Shown: positions 38,980-46,856, counted from the stretch's first letter. The stretch is 64,000 nt of DNA from an uncultured archaeon (GCA_964512235.1 CAZEGD010000004.1:33557-97556), one strand, 5' to 3'. A program made the numbers and translations. The notes: a model not told the origin generated them from the letters alone.

Positions 38980-40626
38980 TTAGTATTCAGGCATTCCGCC
39001 CGGAGGCATCGGTGGCATCCCACCTCTGTTGAGCTTGCTTGCTGAAATGATATCATCTATTCTAAGTATCATTTCTGCAGCCTCGGAAGCAGAAGTTATT
39101 GCTTGAGTCTTTACTTTCAATGGCTCAATAACGCCGAAGATGTTTGCATCTTCGACTCTACCTTTTTCTATGTTTATCCCGGTTGTAGCCTTACCCTGGT
39201 CGTGCATAGCTCTCAATTCGACTAAAATATCTATAGGATCAAGACCAGCATTCTCTGCAAGCGCACGCGGCACGATTTCAATCGCGTCTGCAAACCCAAG
39301 TACTGCAAGCTGCTCGCGACCGGAGAACTTCTCTGCAAACTTTCTAAGTCTGCGTGCGACTTCTGCTTCAGGCGCACCTGCACCTGCAACAACTTTACCA
39401 ACAACTATAGCACTTGCCACTGCACCCACTGCATCCTCCACGCTTCTATCTACTTCATCAACAACATGATCAGTGCTGCCACGGACGAGGATAGTCACTG
39501 CTTTCGGGTCTTTACAATCACGGACAAAAAGCATTGATTCACCGCCCACTTTCTTTTCCTCTACGACTTTGGCAAAGCCCAAATCCTCTGGGCTTAAATC
39601 ATCCAAGCTCGTAACAATGCGTCCGCCTGTTGCTTTGGAAAGCTTTTCCATGTCAGACTTCTTCACTCTACGAGCAGCAATTACGCCACGCTTTGCCAGA
39701 TAATGTTGGGCTACATCGTCAATTCCCTTCTGGCATAGCAGCACGTTTGCACCGCTTGATGTAACCTTCTCTACCATATTTTTGAGCATCTTCTGCTCTT
39801 GTTCTACGAATGCCTGTATCTGGTCCGGAGCTGTGATGCGTATCTGCGCGTCCGTTTCCGTTTCCTTCACTTCCAATGCAGCATCCACCAGAGCAATCTT
39901 CGCATCTTCAATCTTTTTCTCCATTCCAGGATGGACGATTTCCTTGTCAATAACTATACCCCTTATCAGCTCAGTTTGTTCGGCAGAGCCGCCATGTTTC
40001 TTCTCACGCTTTATGTCTTCAGTATCAACAACAACTTTGCCGTTTTCAGTCCTTGCAACCGCTTTCACAGCCTTAACTACTATGTCAGCAATCGTTGGCG
40101 ATGCACGCTCCATGCTTTTGCCGGACATCGATGTAAGTGCAATCTTCATGAGCAATTCTTCATCTTCGACCGTGACAGGCTGTGCAATCTCATCCAGAAT
40201 CTTTAGTGCTTCCTCTTTTGCAATCCTAAAACCGCGAGTGATGACTGTAGGATGTATCTCTTGATCGAGCAAGTCCTCTGCTTCTTTCAATAAGGCACCG
40301 GCTACTATTACTGCTGTAGTAGTGCCATCCCCCACTTCCTCATTCTGCGTCTTCGCAACTTCAACCATCATCTTCGCAGCAGGATGCTCAATCTCCATTT
40401 CCTCAAGAATTGTAACCCCGTCATTAGTTATAACAATATCGCCTATGCTGTCCACGAGCATCTTGTCCATTCCCTTCGGGCCAAGAGTAGTCTTTACAGC
40501 GTCTGCCACTGCCTTTGCAGCAGCAATATTCTGCTTTTGTGCACCTTTTCCAGTCTGCCTGAATGTGCCCTCTGGCAGTATCAATACAGGCTGTCCGCCC
40601 ATTTGTCCGATTGCAGCTTGAACCAT
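38980..40626 (-). CDS. ths: Thermosome subunit (group II chaperonin)
   Basis: [39 protein letters not shown], and a C-terminal [14 protein letters not shown] tail. ATG 40626 is preceded by GGAGGT; the track start is GTG 40641. Confidence 0.95.
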   Translation of the reverse strand: MVQAAIGQMGGQPVLILPEGTFRQTGKGAQKQNIAAAKAVADAVKTTLGPKGMDKMLVDSIGDIVITNDGVTILEEMEIEHPAAKMMVEVAKTQNEEVGDGTTTAVIVAGALLKEAEDLLDQEIHPTVITRGFRIAKEEALKILDEIAQPVTVEDEELLMKIALTSMSGKSMERASPTIADIVVKAVKAVARTENGKVVVDTEDIKREKKHGGSAEQTELIRGIVIDKEIVHPGMEKKIEDAKIALVDAALEVKETETDAQIRITAPDQIQAFVEQEQKMLKNMVEKVTSSGANVLLCQKGIDDVAQHYLAKRGVIAARRVKKSDMEKLSKATGGRIVTSLDDLSPEDLGFAKVVEEKKVGGESMLFVRDCKDPKAVTILVRGSTDHVVDEVDRSVEDAVGAVASAIVVGKVVAGAGAPEAEVARRLRKFAEKFSGREQLAVLGFADAIEIVPRALAENAGLDPIDILVELRAMHDQGKATTGINIEKGRVEDANIFGVIEPLKVKTQAITSASEAAEMILRIDDIISASKLNRGGMPPMPPGGMPEY

Positions 40627-40659
40627 TTTACCAACCTCCACTAATCAGTTTTATAATGT

Positions 40660-40676
40660 ATGTGTATGTGGGTATA
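40660..40676. promoter_or_regulatory. 17-nt motif ATGTGTATGTGGGTATA next to a TATA-like TTATAA; an identical copy lies at 45737-45753
   Basis: Exact 17-mer found by eye in two intergenic promoter regions: upstream of the thermosome, and in the regulator/NUDIX gap. Confidence 0.3.
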
Positions 40677-40696
40677 CAAGTATTTAAAGGTTTTGG

Positions 40697-40788
40697 AAAG
40701 GGATTCTGTCGCAAGTTCGGGTCATAGCTGAGAATGTCTAATTCGGGTGATGAAAGACCAACTGAAAATGCGACAGAATCCGCCCTTT
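40697..40788. repeat. Hairpin / MITE-like element with 13-bp perfect terminal inverted repeats GGATTCTGTCGCA...TGCGACAGAATCC
   Basis: IR arms at 40701-40713 and 40769-40781, flanked by AAAGGG / CCCTTT. The arm resembles the IS6-family IR consensus GGTTCTGTTGCAAA as I recall it. Confidence 0.5.
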
Positions 40789-40866
40789 AATAAGAAAAAA
40801 CGATATTTATAAATATGGGAAATCCTATGAAGAAATACTTCTTTAATTGATTAAGTTGTGAAAAAT

Positions 40867-41208
40867 ATGGCTAAGAAAAAAATTAGAAGAATGAAGGTTA
40901 GAGGGAAAAAAGTAAAAAGAAAAGAAGTCAGAAGAGAAGAAATTATAGAACTAAGAGAAAAAACCAAATTGAGTAATACAAGTATTGTGGAACTATTAAA
41001 CGAAAATTTTATAAAAAAATTAAAATCGTTGAAAAATGAAGCGATAGTGCCCATATCTCTTATTTTATTTGGGGGAACAAATAAAAAAATGGCGATTATG
41101 TTACTATCTCACGAAAGCCCAAAAGATTATAAGAAAAAAATACTTAGTATTAGTTCTTCAGATGAGACGTTTTTGGAAAAGATTAAAAATATAATTAAAA
41201 ATATGTGA
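40867..41208 (+). CDS. Hypothetical Lys-rich protein in the AT-rich island
   Basis: MAKKKIRRMKVRGKKVKRKEVRREE.. Start set to ATG 40867; the track start is GTG 40858. No motif recognised. Confidence 0.4.
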   Translation: MAKKKIRRMKVRGKKVKRKEVRREEIIELREKTKLSNTSIVELLNENFIKKLKSLKNEAIVPISLILFGGTNKKMAIMLLSHESPKDYKKKILSISSSDETFLEKIKNIIKNM

Positions 41209-41594
41209 TTGGTATGCTTCAACATAAAACTGCAACTGAAATAATTAAAGCTACAACTAAAAGAATTGAAAACAGGGAAGTATTTGTAACTTATGATGAT
41301 TTATTAATACCAGTATCTTTTGAAAGAAAGATGCAAGATTTAGAAGATGAACTTGGATTATTAAAAAAAGAGATTAGAGAAATTAAAAAGAGTGAAGTAA
41401 CTCTTTTGATTCGGACAATAAATGATAACATGGCTGAAATTGAAATAAAAAGATTTATTAAGTTAAAGAAAAAAGAAGGTATTTCTTCTATTGATGATTT
41501 TGAAATTATGGAAAGATTAAAATTGCCTATTGAACAAATTGATAAAGTTCTCGAAAAATTTGAAAGAACAGGGATTATTCGTGAAAGAAGATGA
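41205..41594 (+). CDS. Hypothetical protein with a possible C-terminal winged-helix domain
   Basis: The GTG start overlaps the upstream stop (ATGTGA); ATG 41214 is an alternative. The C-terminus ISSIDDFEIMERLKLPIEQIDKVLEKFERTGIIRE is wHTH-like. Confidence 0.4.
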   Translation: MIGMLQHKTATEIIKATTKRIENREVFVTYDDLLIPVSFERKMQDLEDELGLLKKEIREIKKSEVTLLIRTINDNMAEIEIKRFIKLKKKEGISSIDDFEIMERLKLPIEQIDKVLEKFERTGIIRERR

Positions 41595-41811
41595 ACTTAA
41601 ACCTGGAACATACGATAACAAAATCGTTTTTAGAATTGATAAAAGTCGGTGGATAAGGATATGTGAAGTTATTAGTGATAAGATTTTATTAAAGGCTAAC
41701 AGAATTGGAAAACAACATGTTGTTCCTGATACACACAAAGATAAAACACGACAAGTTGACGCTGAAGGATTTGTAAGAATTAGACCGAAAAGAATTTGGG
41801 ATATAAAATAA
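41530..41811 (+). CDS. Hypothetical protein, start uncertain
   Basis: The 93-aa ORF overlaps the previous gene by 65 nt in another frame. In-frame GTG near 41579 (position not verified) would avoid most of the overlap. Confidence 0.3.
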   Translation: MNKLIKFSKNLKEQGLFVKEDELKPGTYDNKIVFRIDKSRWIRICEVISDKILLKANRIGKQHVVPDTHKDKTRQVDAEGFVRIRPKRIWDIK

Positions 41812-41952
41812 TTATTTTTTAATCTCTTTTTTTAATAATTGTTCAATCAATTCAGAAAGATTCACACCCTTTCTAATGGCATAAATCTTAGCTTCCTTCC
41901 ATAATTTCGGGTCTATCTTTATGCTTGTAGTTTGTCTTGTCACAATTACCAC
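41812..41952 (-). CDS. 46-aa ribbon-helix-helix (CopG/Arc-like) protein
   Basis: Own translation from GTG 41952: VVIVTRQTTSIKIDPKLWKEAKIYAIRKGVNLSELIEQLLKKEIKK. It shows a beta-strand then helix-helix pattern. Divergent from the transposase gene. Confidence 0.5.
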   Translation of the reverse strand: MVIVTRQTTSIKIDPKLWKEAKIYAIRKGVNLSELIEQLLKKEIKK

Positions 41953-42065
41953 TATATTTTATCTATTTTGAGTAGTATATAAAGATATAATATTCTACTA
42001 CGCATATTCCACAATACAATAATATTTATATACTACGAGTATTATATAATACATAGGTAATAAGA

Positions 42066-43199
42066 ATGGATAACAGAGAAATTCGTGGCTATTCCATACT
42101 TGCGAAAGGTGATACGCCACAAGCAATCAGCAAAGAAGAGTTTTTAGTTCCTTCGCAATCAAGCGATAAAAAATATAAGGTTACTCACATAGAAGGTTGG
42201 ACTTGCGAATGCAAAGATTTTAAATATAGAAAACAAACCTGTAAGCACATTCATTCAATCCGATTCTGGTTGAAGCTTAGAGATGGTGTAAGTTCAAATG
42301 AGCTAATGGAACTTGAAAATGATATAGAAGGCACTAATAGTTGTCCTAATTGCAATTCGCTGAACATAGTGAAAAATGGCAGTCGAAAGACTAACGCTGG
42401 AATTAGGCAAAGATACCTATGCAAAGATTGTAAAAGCCGATTTGTTTTAGACCCGATAAAATATGTCAAAGGTAATGGCAAGATAGTGACTTTGACTATG
42501 GATTTATATTTCAAAGGTCTTAGTCTGCGAAACATAACTGATACGATTTATCAATTCTATGGATTGAAGCTACACCACGAAACGATAAGAAGATGGATAT
42601 TGAAGTTTTCTCAAAAGTGCAAGGAATATACAGACAAACTTAAACCAGAGGTTTCTAAGAAGTGGCACGCAGACGAGATGATGATGAAAGTGAAAAAAGA
42701 TAAAAAATGGGTTTGGTTGTGGAATGTGATTGACAGCGAGACAAGATTTCTGCTTACGCAGAGCGTAACCAAAAACAGAAAGGTAAAAGACGCAACAGAA
42801 CTTTTTAACAAAGCAAAAGAGCGTGCTGATGGTAGACCAAGCTGGTTGGTAACTGATGGATTACAAACATACAGAAAGGCATTCACTAAGGCGTTTTACA
42901 AAAGAAAAGGTTTCAGACCAGAGCACATACGAGGTAAAAAATTCAAGGATAAGGTAAACAACAATATCGTAGAGCGTATGCAAGGCAGTATCCGAGACCG
43001 TGAGAAAGTTATGCGTGCTCTCGGCTCAGTTGATACAGCAAGTAGAATGATGGACGGTTGGCAAGTGTATTATAATTTTATACGACCACATCAGGCTCTA
43101 AATGGATTGACACCAAGCCAAGTTGCAGAGATAGATTTGAATTTGGGTAGGAATAGATGGTTGAGTTTGGTAAGAAAAAGTGTAAACAACAAAGTCTAA
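42066..43199 (+). mobile_element. IS6-family DDE transposase gene with N-terminal SWIM finger and zinc ribbon
   Basis: SWIM motif WTCECKDFKYRKQTCKHIH; ribbon CPNCNS..x20..CKDCKS; HTH LYFKGLSLRNITDTIYQFYGLKLHHETIRRW. DDE triad in WHADEMMMKV, LVTDGLQTY and NNIVERMQGSIRDRE, followed by YYNFIRPHQAL. Confidence 0.8.
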
Positions 43200-43209
43200 T
43201 CCGTAAATT

Positions 43210-43716
43210 TTACGAAGATAATGCTTTTATAGAATTCTCTCCCAGATTTCCAAATTCATCACATACTACTGGTATATGGAGTTTTACTTCTACTCCTGTT
43301 TCTTGACTTCTAGCTGAAACTTTCACTATTCCAATTATGTTCGGTTGTCCATCAAGATTCGACAAGTCTTTAGCTACAGGCAAGATAGAATTGAAATGTT
43401 CCCCTCCGTATATGCTAGTAGTATAGACATCAACTATCCACTGCTCTTTTAGATATTCTGCTGACTCGTTTACCGAATCAAATGATTTAAGTTCGACTAA
43501 TCTGTAGTTCATACTAATAATAGCGACCTTTGACGCTACATCTAATCTATTCTCTATTGTGTCCTTACATTTTTGTTCATATTGGTTTAAGTTCCGAAAT
43601 TGGAAAGAAATGCCAGATAGAATATCAAAAAGATTGCCCACTATACTCGGGTTGTAGTATAGAGTAAGTCCAGCTATTACCACGACTATAAGCACCACAA
43701 CAAACACTTTTCTCAT
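43210..43716 (-). CDS. Hypothetical N-terminally anchored protein
   Basis: 168 aa. MRKVFVVVLIVVVIAGLTLYY signal/anchor. No motif recognised. Confidence 0.5.
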   Translation of the reverse strand: MRKVFVVVLIVVVIAGLTLYYNPSIVGNLFDILSGISFQFRNLNQYEQKCKDTIENRLDVASKVAIISMNYRLVELKSFDSVNESAEYLKEQWIVDVYTTSIYGGEHFNSILPVAKDLSNLDGQPNIIGIVKVSARSQETGVEVKLHIPVVCDEFGNLGENSIKALSS

Positions 43717-43763
43717 AATCTAGATACTACCCATATCCAAATTTAAGCGTTTTGAATTACCCT

Positions 43764-43857
43764 TCACCCGAATGCGACACCAAGAAAAATCACCCGAGTT
43801 TGTGGACAAAACCTGGAAAGGGGTTCTGTGTAACTATCGGTTGAAATAATAGAATCC
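43764..43857. repeat. Cluster of degenerate copies of the IS6-like inverted-repeat and TTCGGGT motifs
   Basis: 43764-43781 TCACCCGAATGCGACACC is the reverse complement of TGTCGCA..TTCGGGTGA at 40707-40724. 43814-43834 TGGAAAGGGGTTCTGTGTAAC matches 40694-40713. 43851-43857 is AGAATCC. Confidence 0.4.
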
Positions 43858-43927
43858 TTCGGGTTGTCTAAAACGGTTGATTTGGTTATAGTAAAGCTTA
43901 ATTATACACAAAATCCGTAATCTGATT

Positions 43928-44362
43928 ATGGGTAAGGATGTTAAAATAACAGACTTCTTGAAAGTCTTCTTTCCATTCACAGCATTTCTAATGATGGCGA
44001 CTCTAACGGTTGGTTATTATCTCTTGAATGTCTGCGTTCAAAAGCCAGACATATTTTCTGAGACTCTCTGTCAGACTTCACAGTCATTCTTCGCCAACAC
44101 AGTAAAATTAGTCTTTTATGAGATGACATTTATCAGTTGCTCTATATTCTTTTACTTATTTTCCTTTTTTCCATTTGTTACAAGAAGGATTTCAAAATAT
44201 TCACAAGTCTTTTCACTGTTCTTTCTTTTTATGTCATTGTTTCTTATTGTAGCTCCATTTTTTGTCCAAGTAGTTCCAATCCCCTATAATTTGTTACTAG
44301 CATTTTCTGTAATTTTTGATATCATTCTAATTTATGGAATCTATAAGAGAATAGAAAACTGA
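43928..44362 (+). CDS. Hypothetical polytopic membrane protein
   Basis: 144 aa with 4 hydrophobic segments and an ATG start. Confidence 0.5.
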   Translation: MGKDVKITDFLKVFFPFTAFLMMATLTVGYYLLNVCVQKPDIFSETLCQTSQSFFANTVKLVFYEMTFISCSIFFYLFSFFPFVTRRISKYSQVFSLFFLFMSLFLIVAPFFVQVVPIPYNLLLAFSVIFDIILIYGIYKRIEN

Positions 44363-44501
44363 TAGTTATCTTTGACTCAATCTTATCAAATCTAACCATT
44401 TATTCTGTCCCAATTTTAAGTCTATACCACTCACCTCTGCTGGCGTCATTCCATCTAAATCCTATAACATCTTACTAAATCTCTGGACTGATTTCAACCT
44501 C

Positions 44502-44735
44502 TTAGAATACGCGTGTCAACAGGAAGAGTGCGAAAAGAATCACCACTACTGGCCAGAATGGAATATCTGTCAGGTAGCCATATTCCCTCACAAACCAGAA
44601 GGCACCGACCAGCAAAAGAAACAATCCAAAGCCCATTCTAGTCTTCCTTTTATGTGGCTTCCAGTCCTTTTCCATCCTCTTTCTCCATGCTTTGTATTCC
44701 TTCTCGCTCATCCCCATGTGCTTCTTCTTAGCCAT
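44502..44735 (-). CDS. Hypothetical small membrane protein
   Basis: 77 aa. Basic N-terminus followed by two TM helices. Confidence 0.5.
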   Translation of the reverse strand: MAKKKHMGMSEKEYKAWRKRMEKDWKPHKRKTRMGFGLFLLLVGAFWFVREYGYLTDIPFWPVVVILFALFLLTRVF

Positions 44736-44781
44736 ATAATCAATTTTTCATTTGGGTCATATAAGCATTCTCTAGAAAATT

Positions 44782-45696
44782 CTACTTCTCTTCAATCCGC
44801 TTCTTCAATTCTTTCGCACTCTCTACCTCAGGCAGTTCATCCTCCAGCAGAATAGGAACACCCCCCACTTCATGCTCTTTAGTCTTCTTTGCGACAAAGA
44901 ATGCAGAGGATGAGAAGATTCCAGAGAGTTTCTTCACTGTCGATGCTTCGCGTTTCATCTTTACACTGTTCTTTGACAGTCCAGTGATCACTGAATACTT
45001 CTCTTTACCTACAATCTCCACAGGCGCGGACTGTACAGGCGAGTTGTCAACGCCTATGCGCTTGAGCTCCTTGCTGACTCTGCTCTGAAAAGTGTTGACA
45101 GGCTTCAACCGAGTCTCTTCCGCAACCTTCGGTTTGTAAGTATCCTTCAATTCCGTCTTCAATACAATCTCAAGCTTTTTTACAGTCTTCTCTGTCGGGT
45201 TTACACGCTTAGCCTCAATCTCATACATCGCTTTCTTAGATATACCAACAAGCGCGGAAAGCTCTTCGAGCGTGAATTGTAGTTTCTTTCTCTTCTCCCG
45301 GACAGCTTCAGTATCAATAGCCAAAGTATGCCTGCCCTTTGCAGATTGAGCAGCATAAGCTTCCTCTTCCAGTATGTTCTCAAAAAGATCAGGCGTCACT
45401 ACAGGCAGACCGAATCGGTTGTAGATTGTATCCTTGCTCAAGAATTCCCTGTTGTTCTTCATAGAGACGACAAATGGATAGGCCGACATAAAGTATGAAA
45501 TGGCACGAAGGCTCATTGCTTGCTGCTGATCCAGACCATCGATATTTATGAGCACCTTCACAAGCATAAGCTGCTTTTGCTTTCTATCAGCGCGCTTAGC
45601 AGCAATGTCAAAGCATCCATGGCTGAGCAGGACTTCATAGTCCCGCTTAAGCAAAGAGTTAACTACTTTCTTCACTAAAAACTGTTTATTGAACAT
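44782..45696 (-). CDS. Archaeal HTH (XRE-type) transcriptional regulator, COG1395-like
   Basis: 304 aa. Central helix-turn-helix LQFTLEELSALVGISKKAMYEIEAKRVNPT between conserved N- and C-terminal domains. Confidence 0.7.
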   Translation of the reverse strand: MFNKQFLVKKVVNSLLKRDYEVLLSHGCFDIAAKRADRKQKQLMLVKVLINIDGLDQQQAMSLRAISYFMSAYPFVVSMKNNREFLSKDTIYNRFGLPVVTPDLFENILEEEAYAAQSAKGRHTLAIDTEAVREKRKKLQFTLEELSALVGISKKAMYEIEAKRVNPTEKTVKKLEIVLKTELKDTYKPKVAEETRLKPVNTFQSRVSKELKRIGVDNSPVQSAPVEIVGKEKYSVITGLSKNSVKMKREASTVKKLSGIFSSSAFFVAKKTKEHEVGGVPILLEDELPEVESAKELKKRIEEK

Positions 45697-45736
45697 TTAC
45701 ATCACTAATGATTATTGCTGATGAGTAGACTTATAA

Positions 45737-45753
45737 ATGTGTATGTGGGTATA
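45737..45753. promoter_or_regulatory. Second copy of the 17-nt motif ATGTGTATGTGGGTATA, preceded by TTATAA
   Basis: Lies in the 56-nt divergent gap between the HTH regulator (-) and the NUDIX gene (+). Its last base is the A of the NUDIX ATG. Confidence 0.3.
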
Positions 45754-46232
45754 TGGTCGGAAGAGATCCAAGATTCAAGAGAGAATTCAGCGCAGGCGCA
45801 GTCATTTTCTACAGGGGAGATAGCAAACTCCAATACCTGCTTCTGCACTATCATTTCAAGGGAGACTATTGGGACTTTCCCCGTGGCAATCTAGAGCAGG
45901 GAGAAGGTTCGATTGATGCAGCAGAGCGTGAGATAAAAGAAGAGACGGGCCTGACAAAGAGCGACATCAAATTCCTGCCAGACTTTAAAGAGGCGGTGCA
46001 GTGGTTCTATTTCTGGCAAGGCATTCGCAGATTCAAGCGTGCTACATATTTCCTAGCAGAATCGAAAAAGAGAGACGTAAAAATTTCAGAAGAGCATGTA
46101 GAATTCAAGTGGATGCCGTTCGAGCAAGCATTTGAGCAGTTGACATTCAACAACTCTAAGCAAGTACTGAAGAAAGCTAACGAATTTCTTCGCAAGAGGC
46201 CAACGATTAAAAAGTTTTTAAAGGAGAAATAA
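45753..46232 (+). CDS. NUDIX hydrolase
   Basis: Nudix box PRGNLEQGEGSIDAAEREIKEETGL. 159 aa. Confidence 0.85.
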   Translation: MVGRDPRFKREFSAGAVIFYRGDSKLQYLLLHYHFKGDYWDFPRGNLEQGEGSIDAAEREIKEETGLTKSDIKFLPDFKEAVQWFYFWQGIRRFKRATYFLAESKKRDVKISEEHVEFKWMPFEQAFEQLTFNNSKQVLKKANEFLRKRPTIKKFLKEK

Positions 46233-46245
46233 TTAATAGAGAATG

Positions 46246-46371
46246 CGGGCCATTAGCTCAGTTTGGTTAGAGCGCTAGCAGACTAAGCTCTGACGCAAGT
46301 CTTATAAGGCAGCTGAGCGTTCAGCACTGGCGTAAAAACTAGTGGTCGCCGGTTCAAATCCGGCATGGCCC
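46246..46371 (+). tRNA. tRNA with 51 extra nt in the anticodon arm; best parse is tRNA-Ile(UAU) with two introns
   Basis: Hand-folded. Acceptor GGGCCAT/ATGGCCC plus A73 (Ile-like), D arm GCTC..GAGC, T arm GCCGG-TTCAAAT-CCGGC, and anticodon stem halves CTAGC ... CTAG separated by 60 nt. 126 nt = 75 + 51. Confidence 0.7.
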
Positions 46372-46405
46372 ATTCTTTTTATCCTCAGAAATCTCAAAAA
46401 TTATT

Positions 46406-46789
46406 ATGTGTCTAAAACGCGTGAATATTAAAAAGGCTGTAATATCCGGAGTGATAATCTACGCATTGCTATTCCTAGCAGCATCCGCTCTACTGTTTAC
46501 AGTGACAGACCAAACCATCTTCGGTACAATATCATTTCTGGTATTGGTGATATTGACTGCAGTGGTAATGAAGAAATATTACTTCAAAGGCATGAAAGTA
46601 AAGAAGCCACTGCAAGAGGGATTAGGCGTGGGTATAATACTGGTGCTCGTATTCCTCGCAATAGAAATACCAGTGATGGTGTACGGGTTTGCCAGTGACA
46701 TGGCTTGGTATTACTTTACATCATGGGATATACTGCTTGGATATATATCACTGCTGGTCGTGCCTGTATTAGTTGCCTGGAAGAAATGA
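46406..46789 (+). CDS. Hypothetical membrane protein
   Basis: 127 aa with 4 TM helices and an ATG start. Confidence 0.5.
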   Translation: MCLKRVNIKKAVISGVIIYALLFLAASALLFTVTDQTIFGTISFLVLVILTAVVMKKYYFKGMKVKKPLQEGLGVGIILVLVFLAIEIPVMVYGFASDMAWYYFTSWDILLGYISLLVVPVLVAWKK

Positions 46790-46856
46790 GGGAATAGAGC
46801 AGTCAATCCCTTCCATTATTCTTAACTATAAAATTTAGAAAAGAGCATTGATTATT

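Noticed and set aside
40727-40765. A C/D-box sRNA inside the hairpin element: GUGAUGA at 40747-40753, and CUGA at 40727-40730 and 40762-40765.
   Set aside because: The spacing is wrong. There are only 8 nt between the C-like box and the downstream CUGA. The upstream CUGA lies 16 nt 5' of the C-like box. No second box pair is present.
41530-41811. A possible frameshifted pseudogene joining 41205-41594 and 41530-41811.
   Set aside because: I could not identify a homopolymer slip site or any family-level similarity spanning the junction. Two overlapping small genes, or an internal GTG start, explain the layout equally well.
41988-43250. Terminal inverted repeats immediately flanking the transposase gene: ATTCTACTACGCA near 41992, and TATAGAATTCTC near 43238.
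   Set aside because: They show only patchy similarity to the GGATTCTGTCGCA motif and to each other, which is not enough to define IS ends.
46246-46371. A single 51-nt intron parse of the interrupted tRNA.
   Set aside because: It leaves the anticodon loop AGACTAA, with G33 and anticodon ACU. This violates the near-universal U33 and gives an anticodon that does not fit the class-I body. The two-intron parse is preferred but unproven.
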